The translations under genes and the position numbers were made by a program. This document shows, in pieces, positions 18,941 through 26,747 of a stretch of 64,000 nucleotides of DNA; positions within the stretch are counted from its first letter, which is position 1; each line of letters begins with the position of its first letter. Under the pieces are notes generated by a model. That model made no database searches. It was not told where the DNA came from and saw nothing but the letters and a program-made list of their open reading frames with translations. Source of the stretch: Acidobacteriota bacterium (GTDB taxonomy: Bacteria > Acidobacteriota > UBA890 > WLXD01). Where the stretch lies: the NCBI GenBank assembly GCA_963666055.2, contig CAXWPH010000006.1, positions 128,001 to 192,000 of the forward strand, in the 5' to 3' direction.

Positions 18941-18969
18941 ATTATCGGAGCGACTCGCTGGCCTGTCAA
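18941..18969 (-). promoter_or_regulatory. sigma70-type promoter of the gap operon
   Basis: minus strand TTGACA-N17-GATAAT. Confidence 0.65.
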
Positions 18970-19135
18970 ACTCCATTATCCGGGGGTCGAACACGCTGTG
19001 GGTTGCGGCCCCCTACCCTCTCCCAGTTCGGCCGATACTCGATCACCGTAGGATATCACAACTTTTAATTAATCATTATTGAATAGTATTGGATATTAAA
19101 AGACAGGAAGTAATCACTCAAGCGAATTTTTGCCC

Positions 19136-19163
19136 TTGACTGGCCTCTGCCGTCCTCTAAACT
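19136..19163 (+). promoter_or_regulatory. sigma70-type promoter for the SLT gene, preceded by an AT-rich tract
   Basis: TTGACT-N16-TAAACT. Confidence 0.55.
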
Positions 19164-19367
19164 CGGACGGGATGCAACTGATTCCCGGCTCAGGGGGCTG
19201 ACGCCGGGACTCCTTCCGACCCCCAAAGTTCTACTGGTCCCCCATCACGGGTCGGAAACACATCGGAGGAATTTGGGGGATCTTCGCAACGTAGGCCCAC
19301 CGCCCACAAACCCGGGTGGAAAGTGCGCGACTTCGTGCACCAGCGCTACGCGCGAACAACGGAGTTA

Positions 19368-19421
19368 GTGACGATGTCGAGCAAAGTGACGATGTCGAGC
19401 AAAGTGACGATGTCGAACAAA
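19368..19421 (+). repeat. 3 x 18-bp tandem repeat at the SLT start
   Basis: GTGACGATGTCGAGCAAA x2 plus GTGACGATGTCGAACAAA (encodes VTMSSK). Confidence 0.95.
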
Positions 19422-20051
19422 GTACGGTGGGTCGCAGCTGCCTCCTTGGCGGTGAACCTGCTTCTGTTGCAGGCCTTCAGCCAGCAGAGCAGCGAGCTCA
19501 CCGATCTGCGCGATGAATCGGCAAGCTATGGCGGAACAATCGCTCGCCTCGAGGCCGAGAACGAGGCGGCATCCGTAGAGTTGGCGGTACTAAAGGTCCT
19601 CGAGCGCCACCGTCTGCGGGTGTCCCCGGCGAAGCGACACGACGTGGCCAGCACGATCATCGAGGTCGCTCAGCGATACAAGCTGGCTCCTGAGCTGATT
19701 CTGGCGGTGATCTTCACCGAGAGCAGCTTCGACCCGGATGCCGAATCAGAGGTAGGCGCGGTCGGCCTGATGCAGTTGATGCCAGCCACGGCTACGCAGC
19801 TGGCTTTGGAGCTAGAGCTCGAATGGAAGGGCCGGCGACTGCTGACTGACCCGCAGATGAACATCCTGCTCGGTAGCTTCTACCTGCAGAAGCTCATCCA
19901 CCGATTCGACGATCTGAACGCCGGCCTTGCCGCCTACAATGTCGGCCCCAACCGACTGCATTATCTGATTACGGAGCAGGGTCACGTGCCTCGCACATAC
20001 GCTCGCAAGGTGCAACGGGTCACCGCCGAGCTTCGCGCGGAGTTTTTCTGA
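19374..20051 (+). CDS. membrane-anchored lytic transglycosylase (SLT domain)
   Basis: N-terminal TM, coiled coil, VIFTESSF (catalytic Glu), GAVGLMQLMP, AAYNVG. Confidence 0.92.
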   Translation: MSSKVTMSSKVTMSNKVRWVAAASLAVNLLLLQAFSQQSSELTDLRDESASYGGTIARLEAENEAASVELAVLKVLERHRLRVSPAKRHDVASTIIEVAQRYKLAPELILAVIFTESSFDPDAESEVGAVGLMQLMPATATQLALELELEWKGRRLLTDPQMNILLGSFYLQKLIHRFDDLNAGLAAYNVGPNRLHYLITEQGHVPRTYARKVQRVTAELRAEFF

Positions 20052-20060
20052 GTCCGGGCC

Positions 20061-21815
20061 GTGGATCTCGTCGTCCTTCGCCACCTCGTGGCGGAACTCG
20101 CCCCCATCCTCCGCGGAGCGCGGATAGATCAAGTTTACGCCCTGCCGCGGCAAGACCTGGCGCTTGTCTTGAGCCTGCCCGGCTCACCCAGGTTGTGGTT
20201 CTCCTCCGAGCCCGACGAGCCCCACCTCTATCTGCGTCCCGGCGGACAGCCGGCGCCGAAACGGCCGCCGGGGTTCGCCATGGCACTACGGAAGCGCGCG
20301 CGCGGCCGCAGTATCAACGACTTACGCTTGATCAACGATGACCGAGTAGTCGAGCTGTCTTGGCGTGGGGACGGCTCTCGCCTGGTCATGGAACTCGTCG
20401 CACGACGGGCCTCAGCGTTCGTCATCGACCCTGACGATCGGATCGTCGCCGTCTGGAGCCCGCGCCGCGGCAGACCCGATCCTGGCGAGACCTACCGGCC
20501 GCCGACACCCAGGTCGCAGCGCACCCAGCTCACCGATCTCGACTACCCGCGGTTCGCGGAGCTGCCGGAGCCTGAGCTCCGACGCACGCTGTTGCATGAG
20601 GCCGATGGCATGACGCCGCTGCTCGCCCGCGAGATCAGCGCGCGCCGGGCTGGCGGCCAGAATCTGATCGAGGCCGCGCGCCTGGAATTCGATCGATCCG
20701 GCATAGGGCCCGCGGCCGGCTACCTCTACAGCGCCACCCCGCTCGAGCAACTTCGTTCGCTGCCACCACCCGACACGCTTGTGCTCGCTCCCTACGACCT
20801 CGTCTCGGCGAGTCAGAAGAAGATGTGCGTGAGGCGCTTCCCGACGCTCAGCGACGCCGCCGCCGAGTACTACACGCTGCGCGCTCGCCTGCGGCTGCTC
20901 GACAGGGCTCGTCGTGCAGTCGACCAACCGCTCCGGGCACAGTCTCGGCGCCTCGAGCGAGCTGTGGGCCGGCTCGAAGCCGAGCTACCGGACGAAGAAG
21001 CCTCCACAACCCTGCGGCGCGAGGGTGACTTGCTACTGGCCCACCCCGAAGCAGAGATCGCCGGAGGAATCGTGCGTGTGCCCGACGACTACGCGGATGG
21101 CAGTCTGATCACCATTCGGGTAGACCCCGAGCTCGACCTGATTGCTAACGCCCAGCGGCGCTATCAACGCGCCAAGCGAATCTCTCGCAAGCGCGAGTAC
21201 GACGCCAGGCGTTTGACACAGTTGCGCCGGCAGCTGGTGGCCCTCGCCGAGCTCGCCAAGCTCATACGGGCGATGCGCGAGCCACGCGCCTGCGACGATG
21301 CAATCGATCGCCTACGCCGACTGGTTCCGCGCGCCCGGATCGACCGCCCGATAGAGCCCGAGGCGGGTACCCTTGCATCACCGAGCGCCGCACCGGAGAT
21401 CGCCCGTCGCACGGCCGGAGCGCGCCCCGGCCCCGGCATCCTCAGGCTAACGACACCGGAGGGCGACGTGATCTTGGTAGGGCGAAACGCCAGCGCCAAC
21501 GACCGGCTCACACACCAGGTTGCCGCCCGCGATGACTGGTGGCTGCACGCCGAGGGACCCGGCTCACACGTGCTGCTGCGCAATCCGCAGCGATTGCGGA
21601 AACCGCCGGCAAAAGCCCTCGAGCACGCCGCGAGCGTCGCTGCATGGTTCAGCAAAGCGCGCTCCGCCGCGACCGTAGAGGTCCACTGGACGCGCGCCCG
21701 CAGCGTCCGGCGGCCCAAGGGCGGCGCACCCGGACAGGCTCTCCTCGAGGGACACCGGAGTATTCGGGTGCAGCCGCGACGTCCGAAACCAGCAGGCGGT
21801 GCGCACCGGGATTGA
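20061..21815 (+). CDS. NFACT/RqcH (FbpA-like) ribosome quality control protein
   Basis: NFACT-N (DDRVVEL, LVMELV), coiled coil, NAQRRY, C-terminal VGRNASANDRLT..WLHAEGPGSHV. Confidence 0.85.
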   Translation: MDLVVLRHLVAELAPILRGARIDQVYALPRQDLALVLSLPGSPRLWFSSEPDEPHLYLRPGGQPAPKRPPGFAMALRKRARGRSINDLRLINDDRVVELSWRGDGSRLVMELVARRASAFVIDPDDRIVAVWSPRRGRPDPGETYRPPTPRSQRTQLTDLDYPRFAELPEPELRRTLLHEADGMTPLLAREISARRAGGQNLIEAARLEFDRSGIGPAAGYLYSATPLEQLRSLPPPDTLVLAPYDLVSASQKKMCVRRFPTLSDAAAEYYTLRARLRLLDRARRAVDQPLRAQSRRLERAVGRLEAELPDEEASTTLRREGDLLLAHPEAEIAGGIVRVPDDYADGSLITIRVDPELDLIANAQRRYQRAKRISRKREYDARRLTQLRRQLVALAELAKLIRAMREPRACDDAIDRLRRLVPRARIDRPIEPEAGTLASPSAAPEIARRTAGARPGPGILRLTTPEGDVILVGRNASANDRLTHQVAARDDWWLHAEGPGSHVLLRNPQRLRKPPAKALEHAASVAAWFSKARSAATVEVHWTRARSVRRPKGGAPGQALLEGHRSIRVQPRRPKPAGGAHRD

Positions 21816-21863
21816 GCGCCGATGCCAGGTTCCCGTGCGGGAAGTCAGCCCGCCGGACGATGT

Positions 21864-21903
21864 CTAGCAGGCCCTGTCGCCAGGCCCGCTACCCTTCCAC
21901 TAG
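21864..21903. repeat. collapsed CTAG-bounded remnant of the MITE left end
   Basis: CCCTGTCGCCAGGCCCGCTACCCTTCCAC is 24/29 identical to the reverse complement of the MITE left end; the right CTAG is the stop of the 21900 gene. Confidence 0.7.
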
Positions 21904-22901
21904 TCTCCCGGCTCCGGTACCGGAGCCACCGGCTCCGACCTCGACATCCAGGGCCGGTTCGTGCCGAAGCGGGTGGCGAACACCGCCCCGAGGCCCAGGA
22001 ACGCAGCGACCGTCCAGATCAACGAGCCGACAAAGGGGAAATAGTGCAGGACCCCCAAGGCGGCTCCTCCCGCCACCACCAGGCCCAGCTGGGCCGCGTC
22101 GGTCTTGCCCAGCACAGCCAGCAACTTCTGTCCAAGCAGCTGGAATACGGCCACCATGCCGAAGATATAAGCGAGCCACCAACCAAGCAGTGCGGCAATC
22201 AAGAACGGGATGCCGATGAGCAAGAACGACAATACGAAGAACAGGCACGTCAACAACGTCAGCGCCAAGAACCCGACGAGGCCGATCGCACCGAGGCGGA
22301 TCGGCTCGTGCTCGATCGAGCGCGATGCCGAGGAGACACGATCGCCTACCAACGCGACGGTTAGCACAGCCAACAGTATCCAGTAGATGAACTGCGTGGT
22401 GCGCGCCGCAACGTGGAACGGGGTCAGCCCCCACCACTGGCCCATCGACCATCCGCCCCAACCAGAGAGCCAGGGAACCGAGTCGAATCCGCTGATGCTC
22501 ACGTTCACTATTTCGCCATCCACTTCAGCCCCCGGAGACCGGCTCAGCGAGCCACCTACACTCACTACGTCGCCGCGGATATGGGCGTCCGGTCCGAGCC
22601 TCATGGAACCGGCAACGCTCACCACATCGCGGGCCGTGCCATTGACCGTCAGCTGGCCGCCCACAACAACCACGTCCCGCCGGGCTTCGCCGTTGATCGT
22701 CACCGCGCCGCCCATCATGACGATCTCGTCGCGGGCGACTTCGCCCTCCGCGATGTCGATACGGCCACCGACGACAAACCCGCCGTCACCGGCACGGACG
22801 GTAACGCATCCGGCCAACACGCCGCCAAGGATCACCGCTGCCCCGAGCGCCGACCATCGGCGTACGCAACCCTCAGTACGACCGTTCGCGGTGGGTTTCA
22901 T
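21900..22901 (-). CDS. bactofilin-like (polymer-forming) beta-repeat protein with C-terminal TM helices
   Basis: repeats DVVxVGGxLxVNG followed by several hydrophobic helices; signal/lipobox LAGC; third gene of the ECF operon. Confidence 0.75.
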   Translation of the reverse strand: MKPTANGRTEGCVRRWSALGAAVILGGVLAGCVTVRAGDGGFVVGGRIDIAEGEVARDEIVMMGGAVTINGEARRDVVVVGGQLTVNGTARDVVSVAGSMRLGPDAHIRGDVVSVGGSLSRSPGAEVDGEIVNVSISGFDSVPWLSGWGGWSMGQWWGLTPFHVAARTTQFIYWILLAVLTVALVGDRVSSASRSIEHEPIRLGAIGLVGFLALTLLTCLFFVLSFLLIGIPFLIAALLGWWLAYIFGMVAVFQLLGQKLLAVLGKTDAAQLGLVVAGGAALGVLHYFPFVGSLIWTVAAFLGLGAVFATRFGTNRPWMSRSEPVAPVPEPGD

Positions 22902-22920
22902 GTCGTCCCCCTGTCTCGTC

Positions 22921-23526
22921 TCAGTGCCGTCGCTGGTAGTTCAATACCAGGCGGGTAAATGCGTAGTTCAGTGAAACCGTCAACAACAGCAGCGTCCCTT
23001 GTATGAGCCAACCACTGCTTATCGCCAGGTTCGAGATCCGCCACATGATCTGCCCGGCCTCTTCGAGCAACACGCGGCCTTGGGTAACCACGGTACGGGC
23101 AGCGGAGATGCTGGACGTCGTGACATCGGCGATGCCGCCGACCCCCGCAGCCAGCACGGCCCCCGTCTGAATGCCATCGAGCGCTCCACTACCGATCAAC
23201 CAGGCGACTCCGCCCGCAAACAGGGCCAGCAGGGTCACGCTGGCCGCCACGCTCCAACGCATCGCCTCGCGCCACGGTATGCCAGAGCCCGGGCGATGAG
23301 CTGGATACTGGGCGACTCGCCCCATCACCGCGCTGACGAAATCCGCCGGCGGCGCCACTTCAGACAGGCGGTCGAGGCGACCCAGGTAGCGGCGCTCCTG
23401 CCGCTCCGCATCCGCGCAGACCTGGCAGCGCTTCAGATGCTGCTCCATCGACCGATGCGCGTCCGGAGACAGCACACCGTCGATGTACGCTGACAGCATG
23501 TCCAGGTTGGGCTCGTGCGAACTCAT
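22921..23526 (-). CDS. zf-HC2 anti-sigma factor (RsiW-like)
   Basis: LSAYIDG..HLKRCQVC (HxxxCxxC) plus TM; follows the ECF sigma gene. Confidence 0.88.
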   Translation of the reverse strand: MSSHEPNLDMLSAYIDGVLSPDAHRSMEQHLKRCQVCADAERQERRYLGRLDRLSEVAPPADFVSAVMGRVAQYPAHRPGSGIPWREAMRWSVAASVTLLALFAGGVAWLIGSGALDGIQTGAVLAAGVGGIADVTTSSISAARTVVTQGRVLLEEAGQIMWRISNLAISSGWLIQGTLLLLTVSLNYAFTRLVLNYQRRH

Positions 23527-23527
23527 C

Positions 23528-24118
23528 TCATGCCTCTGCCGAGGCCAATGGCTCGAGTAGATCGCTGAGACCGGTACGCAGCGCCTCACGGGCGCGGAAG
23601 ATCCGCGTCTTCACCGTTCCCAGCGGCAATTCTAGTGCCTCGGCAATCTCGTCATAAGACATTTCGGCGGCGTGCCGCAACACTAGCGGCTCCCGGTACT
23701 TCTCAGGCAACTGGGCGATGGCGCCCTCCAGCTGATTGCGAAACTCGTCGTCCATGAACAGCTGCTCTGGGCCGGCTCCACCAGCTGCTACCTCGCGCCC
23801 CAACGTGCCTTCTTCGGTCTCGACTGGCTCGTCGAGCGGCACCAGCGTCAGTCGGCGGCGCCGAATCTCGTCGATCGTCGCATTGCGGGCGATGCGGAAC
23901 AGCCAGGCGGTGAACGGATACTGGGGCCGATAGCTCGCGAGTGCCGAGTACGACTTGAGAAAGACGTCCTGCGACAGGTCGACAGCGTCGTCGTAGTTTC
24001 CAAGCATCCGATACACGTAGTTCACAATCGGCCCCTGATAGCGACCGACCAGCTCGGCGAAGCGATGTTGCTCGCCCGCCAGAACCGCCTCCACGATCTC
24101 TTGGTCGGTTGCGCTCAT
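23528..24118 (-). CDS. ECF RNA polymerase sigma factor (SigW/RpoE-like)
   Basis: DAVDLSQDVFL, FTAWLFRIARN, MSYDEIAEALELPLGTVKTRIFRAR. Confidence 0.95.
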   Translation of the reverse strand: MSATDQEIVEAVLAGEQHRFAELVGRYQGPIVNYVYRMLGNYDDAVDLSQDVFLKSYSALASYRPQYPFTAWLFRIARNATIDEIRRRRLTLVPLDEPVETEEGTLGREVAAGGAGPEQLFMDDEFRNQLEGAIAQLPEKYREPLVLRHAAEMSYDEIAEALELPLGTVKTRIFRAREALRTGLSDLLEPLASAEA

Positions 24119-24141
24119 ACGATTCCGGGTTCGTCCTAAGC

Positions 24142-24167
24142 TACGCTCAGGCGAGCGGAAAGTTTCG
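24142..24167 (-). promoter_or_regulatory. SigW-type ECF autoregulatory promoter
   Basis: minus strand cGAAAC-N16-CGTA about 25 nt upstream of the sigma ATG; SigW consensus is TGAAAC-N16-CGTA. Confidence 0.7.
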
Positions 24168-24259
24168 CTTTCGCTCATACGGAAACCGCCCGCTACTACG
24201 GCCCTGGGCGCCAAGACACACACGGCGTCGGCGGCGCTGCGATGCTACCATCCGGCCCC

Positions 24260-24943
24260 ATGCAGAACACCGAGCGTGCAGTCAAAGCGGTGCGTGATCG
24301 AATCCGCGCCGCGGCGATACGAGCCCGTCGCGACTCAGCTAGCGTCGAGTTGCTCGCGGTGAGCAAGACTCGGTCCGTGTCACAGCTTCTGGAGGCCGTC
24401 AACGCAGGTCTCGCCGACCTCGGTGAGAGCCGGGTACAGGAGGCCGAGAACAAGATCCCACAGGTACAGGATGGCGTGCGTTGGCACTTGATCGGCAAGT
24501 TGCAAACCAACAAGGCGCGATTGGCAGCAGCGCTGTTCGATGTAGTCCACTCGGTCGACCGAGCCGCCCTCGTCGACCGCCTGGGTACCGCCGCGTCGAA
24601 GCTCGGGAGGCGAATCGACGTCTATGTACAGGTCGACTTCGTGCGTACAGAACAGCCGGAACAAGCGATCCAGGCAGATGCGATCGAACTGTGCCGCCGG
24701 GTCGACGCCACGCCTGGTTTACAACTCGTCGGCCTCATGACCCTTCCACCTTTCGGTCCAACACCGGAGTCGGCGCGCCCGTACTTCCGTCGCCTATCGG
24801 ACCTGCGTGATCAGATCGCTGCCGAAACCGGGCTGCGGCTGCAGGGGCTCTCCATGGGCATGACGAACGACTTCGAAGTGGCGATCGAGGAAGGCGCTAC
24901 CATTGTGCGTGTCGGCACCGCCATCTTCGGCCCTCGCATCTAG
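24260..24943 (+). CDS. yggS: PLP homeostasis protein YggS/PLPBP
   Basis: LLAVSK, WHLIGKLQTNK, LSMGMTNDFEVAIEEGATIVRVGTAIFG. Confidence 0.96.
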   Translation: MQNTERAVKAVRDRIRAAAIRARRDSASVELLAVSKTRSVSQLLEAVNAGLADLGESRVQEAENKIPQVQDGVRWHLIGKLQTNKARLAAALFDVVHSVDRAALVDRLGTAASKLGRRIDVYVQVDFVRTEQPEQAIQADAIELCRRVDATPGLQLVGLMTLPPFGPTPESARPYFRRLSDLRDQIAAETGLRLQGLSMGMTNDFEVAIEEGATIVRVGTAIFGPRI

Positions 24944-24956
24944 AACCGGGAGAGAG

Positions 24957-25250
24957 ATGTTCCTCATCCGCAATCTGGTAAGCGCATCCGCCACCATCCT
25001 CGATATGGTGCTCGGTTTTTACATGCTGCTGATCTTTGGCCGCGTCATCATTTCTTGGGTCAACGCCGACCCCTACAACCCGATCGTGCAGTTTCTCCAC
25101 CAGGCCACCGAGCCGCCACTCCGACTCATCCGGCGACGAGTAGGAATGTACGGTGGCGTCGATTTTTCGCCGATGATCCTCTTGCTCGTCGTGGTCTTCT
25201 TACGAGGCTTTCTGGTGGCCTCGCTGTTCGATCTCGCAAGTCGGCTCTGA
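24957..25250 (+). CDS. yggT: YggT family membrane protein
   Basis: ISWVNADPYNPIVQFL..TEP..DFSPMI. Confidence 0.93.
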   Translation: MFLIRNLVSASATILDMVLGFYMLLIFGRVIISWVNADPYNPIVQFLHQATEPPLRLIRRRVGMYGGVDFSPMILLLVVVFLRGFLVASLFDLASRL

Positions 25251-25266
25251 GCCGCGGTCGAACTGT

Positions 25267-25545
25267 CTAGCAGGCCGTGGTGAAAGTGTGGTGGGTCTGG
25301 CGACAGGGTCTTGCGAAGTGGAGGCAAGGAGAGAGGAGGAGGCGATGGTTACCGCATCGTTGACGAGGAACGACGCAGCTTACGCGCGCAACCCCCTGTC
25401 GCCCGAAGGGTTACGGCGATTTGGGGCCATTTGCGGCGTTGGCCTTCCTGGACGATGGCTAGGGCATCGCCTGTGTCAGGCCGCCTTGCATCTGGCCCCA
25501 ACTCGCCGTAACCAGACCCACCACACTTTCACCACGGCCTGCTAG
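25267..25545. mobile_element. non-autonomous MITE (271 bp) with 30-bp perfect TIRs and CTAG target duplication
   Basis: CAGGCCGTGGTGAAAGTGTGGTGGGTCTGG (25271-25300) and its exact reverse complement (25512-25541), each flanked by CTAG; no transposase inside. Confidence 0.88.
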
Positions 25546-25579
25546 TGGCCTGTAACAGATAATCGTTACAGGCCACTAG
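25542..25579. repeat. 38-bp CTAG-bounded palindrome, copy 2
   Basis: perfect 15-bp arms CTAGTGGCCTGTAAC/GTTACAGGCCACTAG; right CTAG holds the stop codon of the 25576 gene. Confidence 0.88.
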
Positions 25580-25998
25580 AAGGAAGGTCCATCGTGGTCG
25601 ATCTCGAACCGCCACGCGTACGTATAGTCGAACAGCAGTTCGATCGGCACGGTGTACACGACGCGGATTCGTATCGAGCCGCGGGGGCGCACGATGGCGA
25701 TGTTGCGGCGGTTGATAGGAAGCCCGAGCTCTTCGGCGCGCTCCATGATGTTCCGCAGGATCTCGTCGTCGCCCATGCGACGACGACGGGCACCAGCGTA
25801 GACGACCTGCTCGCGCACCGTATCGTCAAGCTGGAATCCCGCCGCGTGCACCGGAACGAACTTCATACCCGCATAGATGGCAGCCACGACGACGGCGAGG
25901 CCGAGCAACGCCCCCAGTCTGCCGCGGCCCGCTTCGCCGGTCCAGCGGAGGCGCGCTGAAGCTCTGCGGCTCTGGTCGCGACCTGCTCGCATATGCAC
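25576..25998 (-). CDS. DUF4845-like single-pass membrane protein
   Basis: G-R-hydrophobic N-terminal helix ending in MKFVPV; located downstream of lepB. Confidence 0.65.
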   Translation of the reverse strand: MHMRAGRDQSRRASARLRWTGEAGRGRLGALLGLAVVVAAIYAGMKFVPVHAAGFQLDDTVREQVVYAGARRRRMGDDEILRNIMERAEELGLPINRRNIAIVRPRGSIRIRVVYTVPIELLFDYTYAWRFEIDHDGPSF

Positions 25999-26048
25999 GT
26001 CTCACTTCGCTGCCCGATGTGACAGCCGCGGCCGGTCAGAGCCGAAGG

Positions 26049-26699
26049 CTAGCGGATCATCTGGAAGGTCCGTTCCCAACGCGTCCGCGTAAAGAAGCTC
26101 GGCAACAGCTTACCGAGCTGAACAAGACGGTCGACAAACCCGGTGGCAAAATAGGTTTGCGACGGCGCGTCGAATGACCAGTACACCGCCACCGCACGCC
26201 CTTTCACCAATCGGCGTGGGACGGTCCCCCAGTAGCGCGAGTCGCGGCTATTGTCGCGATTGTCGCCCATGCAGAAATACTCGCCATCGGGAACCTGGAT
26301 CGGACCGTAGTCGCGATGGCTGCCGAAGCTTGACATATGGTGCGCAAACGGCTCGTCGACGATCTCGTCGTTCACCCGGACAACCCCGTCCTGAATTTCG
26401 ATCTTGTCGCCGCCGATTCCCACGACGCGTTTTATGAAGTCCTTGTCGGGTTCCTGGGGAGCGCGGAAGACAATGACATCACCGCGCTTGATCTCCGCTG
26501 TGGGCAGGAGGAAAGATCCCTGGCCGCCCGGACCGTACACGAACTTGTTGACCACGATGTGGTCACCGACCAGCAGGTTCGGCTCCATCGACCCCGTCGG
26601 GATCTTGAATGCTTGGAAGACGAACGTACGGATGAAAAGCGCCAGGATGGCTGCTATCAGGATTGATTCCAAATACTCGCGTAAGGTCGACTTTTGCAT
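26049..26699 (-). CDS. lepB: signal peptidase I
   Basis: IPTGSMEPNL, FIKRVVG, GDNRDNSRDSRYWG. Confidence 0.96.
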   Translation of the reverse strand: MQKSTLREYLESILIAAILALFIRTFVFQAFKIPTGSMEPNLLVGDHIVVNKFVYGPGGQGSFLLPTAEIKRGDVIVFRAPQEPDKDFIKRVVGIGGDKIEIQDGVVRVNDEIVDEPFAHHMSSFGSHRDYGPIQVPDGEYFCMGDNRDNSRDSRYWGTVPRRLVKGRAVAVYWSFDAPSQTYFATGFVDRLVQLGKLLPSFFTRTRWERTFQMIR

Positions 26700-26747
26700 C
26701 GGCGGCTCGCGGTAATCAGCTTACGGTACAGGTCGTCTGACCCGCCT

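Noticed and set aside
18885-19140. Possible replication origin
   Set aside because: AT-rich, but no convincing TTATCCACA boxes and no dnaA/dnaN/gidA context
19368-19421. Repeat as a possible CRISPR array
   Set aside because: Units are contiguous with no spacers, and no cas genes are present
25288-25545. 85-aa and 66-aa ORFs inside the MITE
   Set aside because: No transposase motif; they are by-products of the repeat, and the longer one ends at the duplicated CTAG
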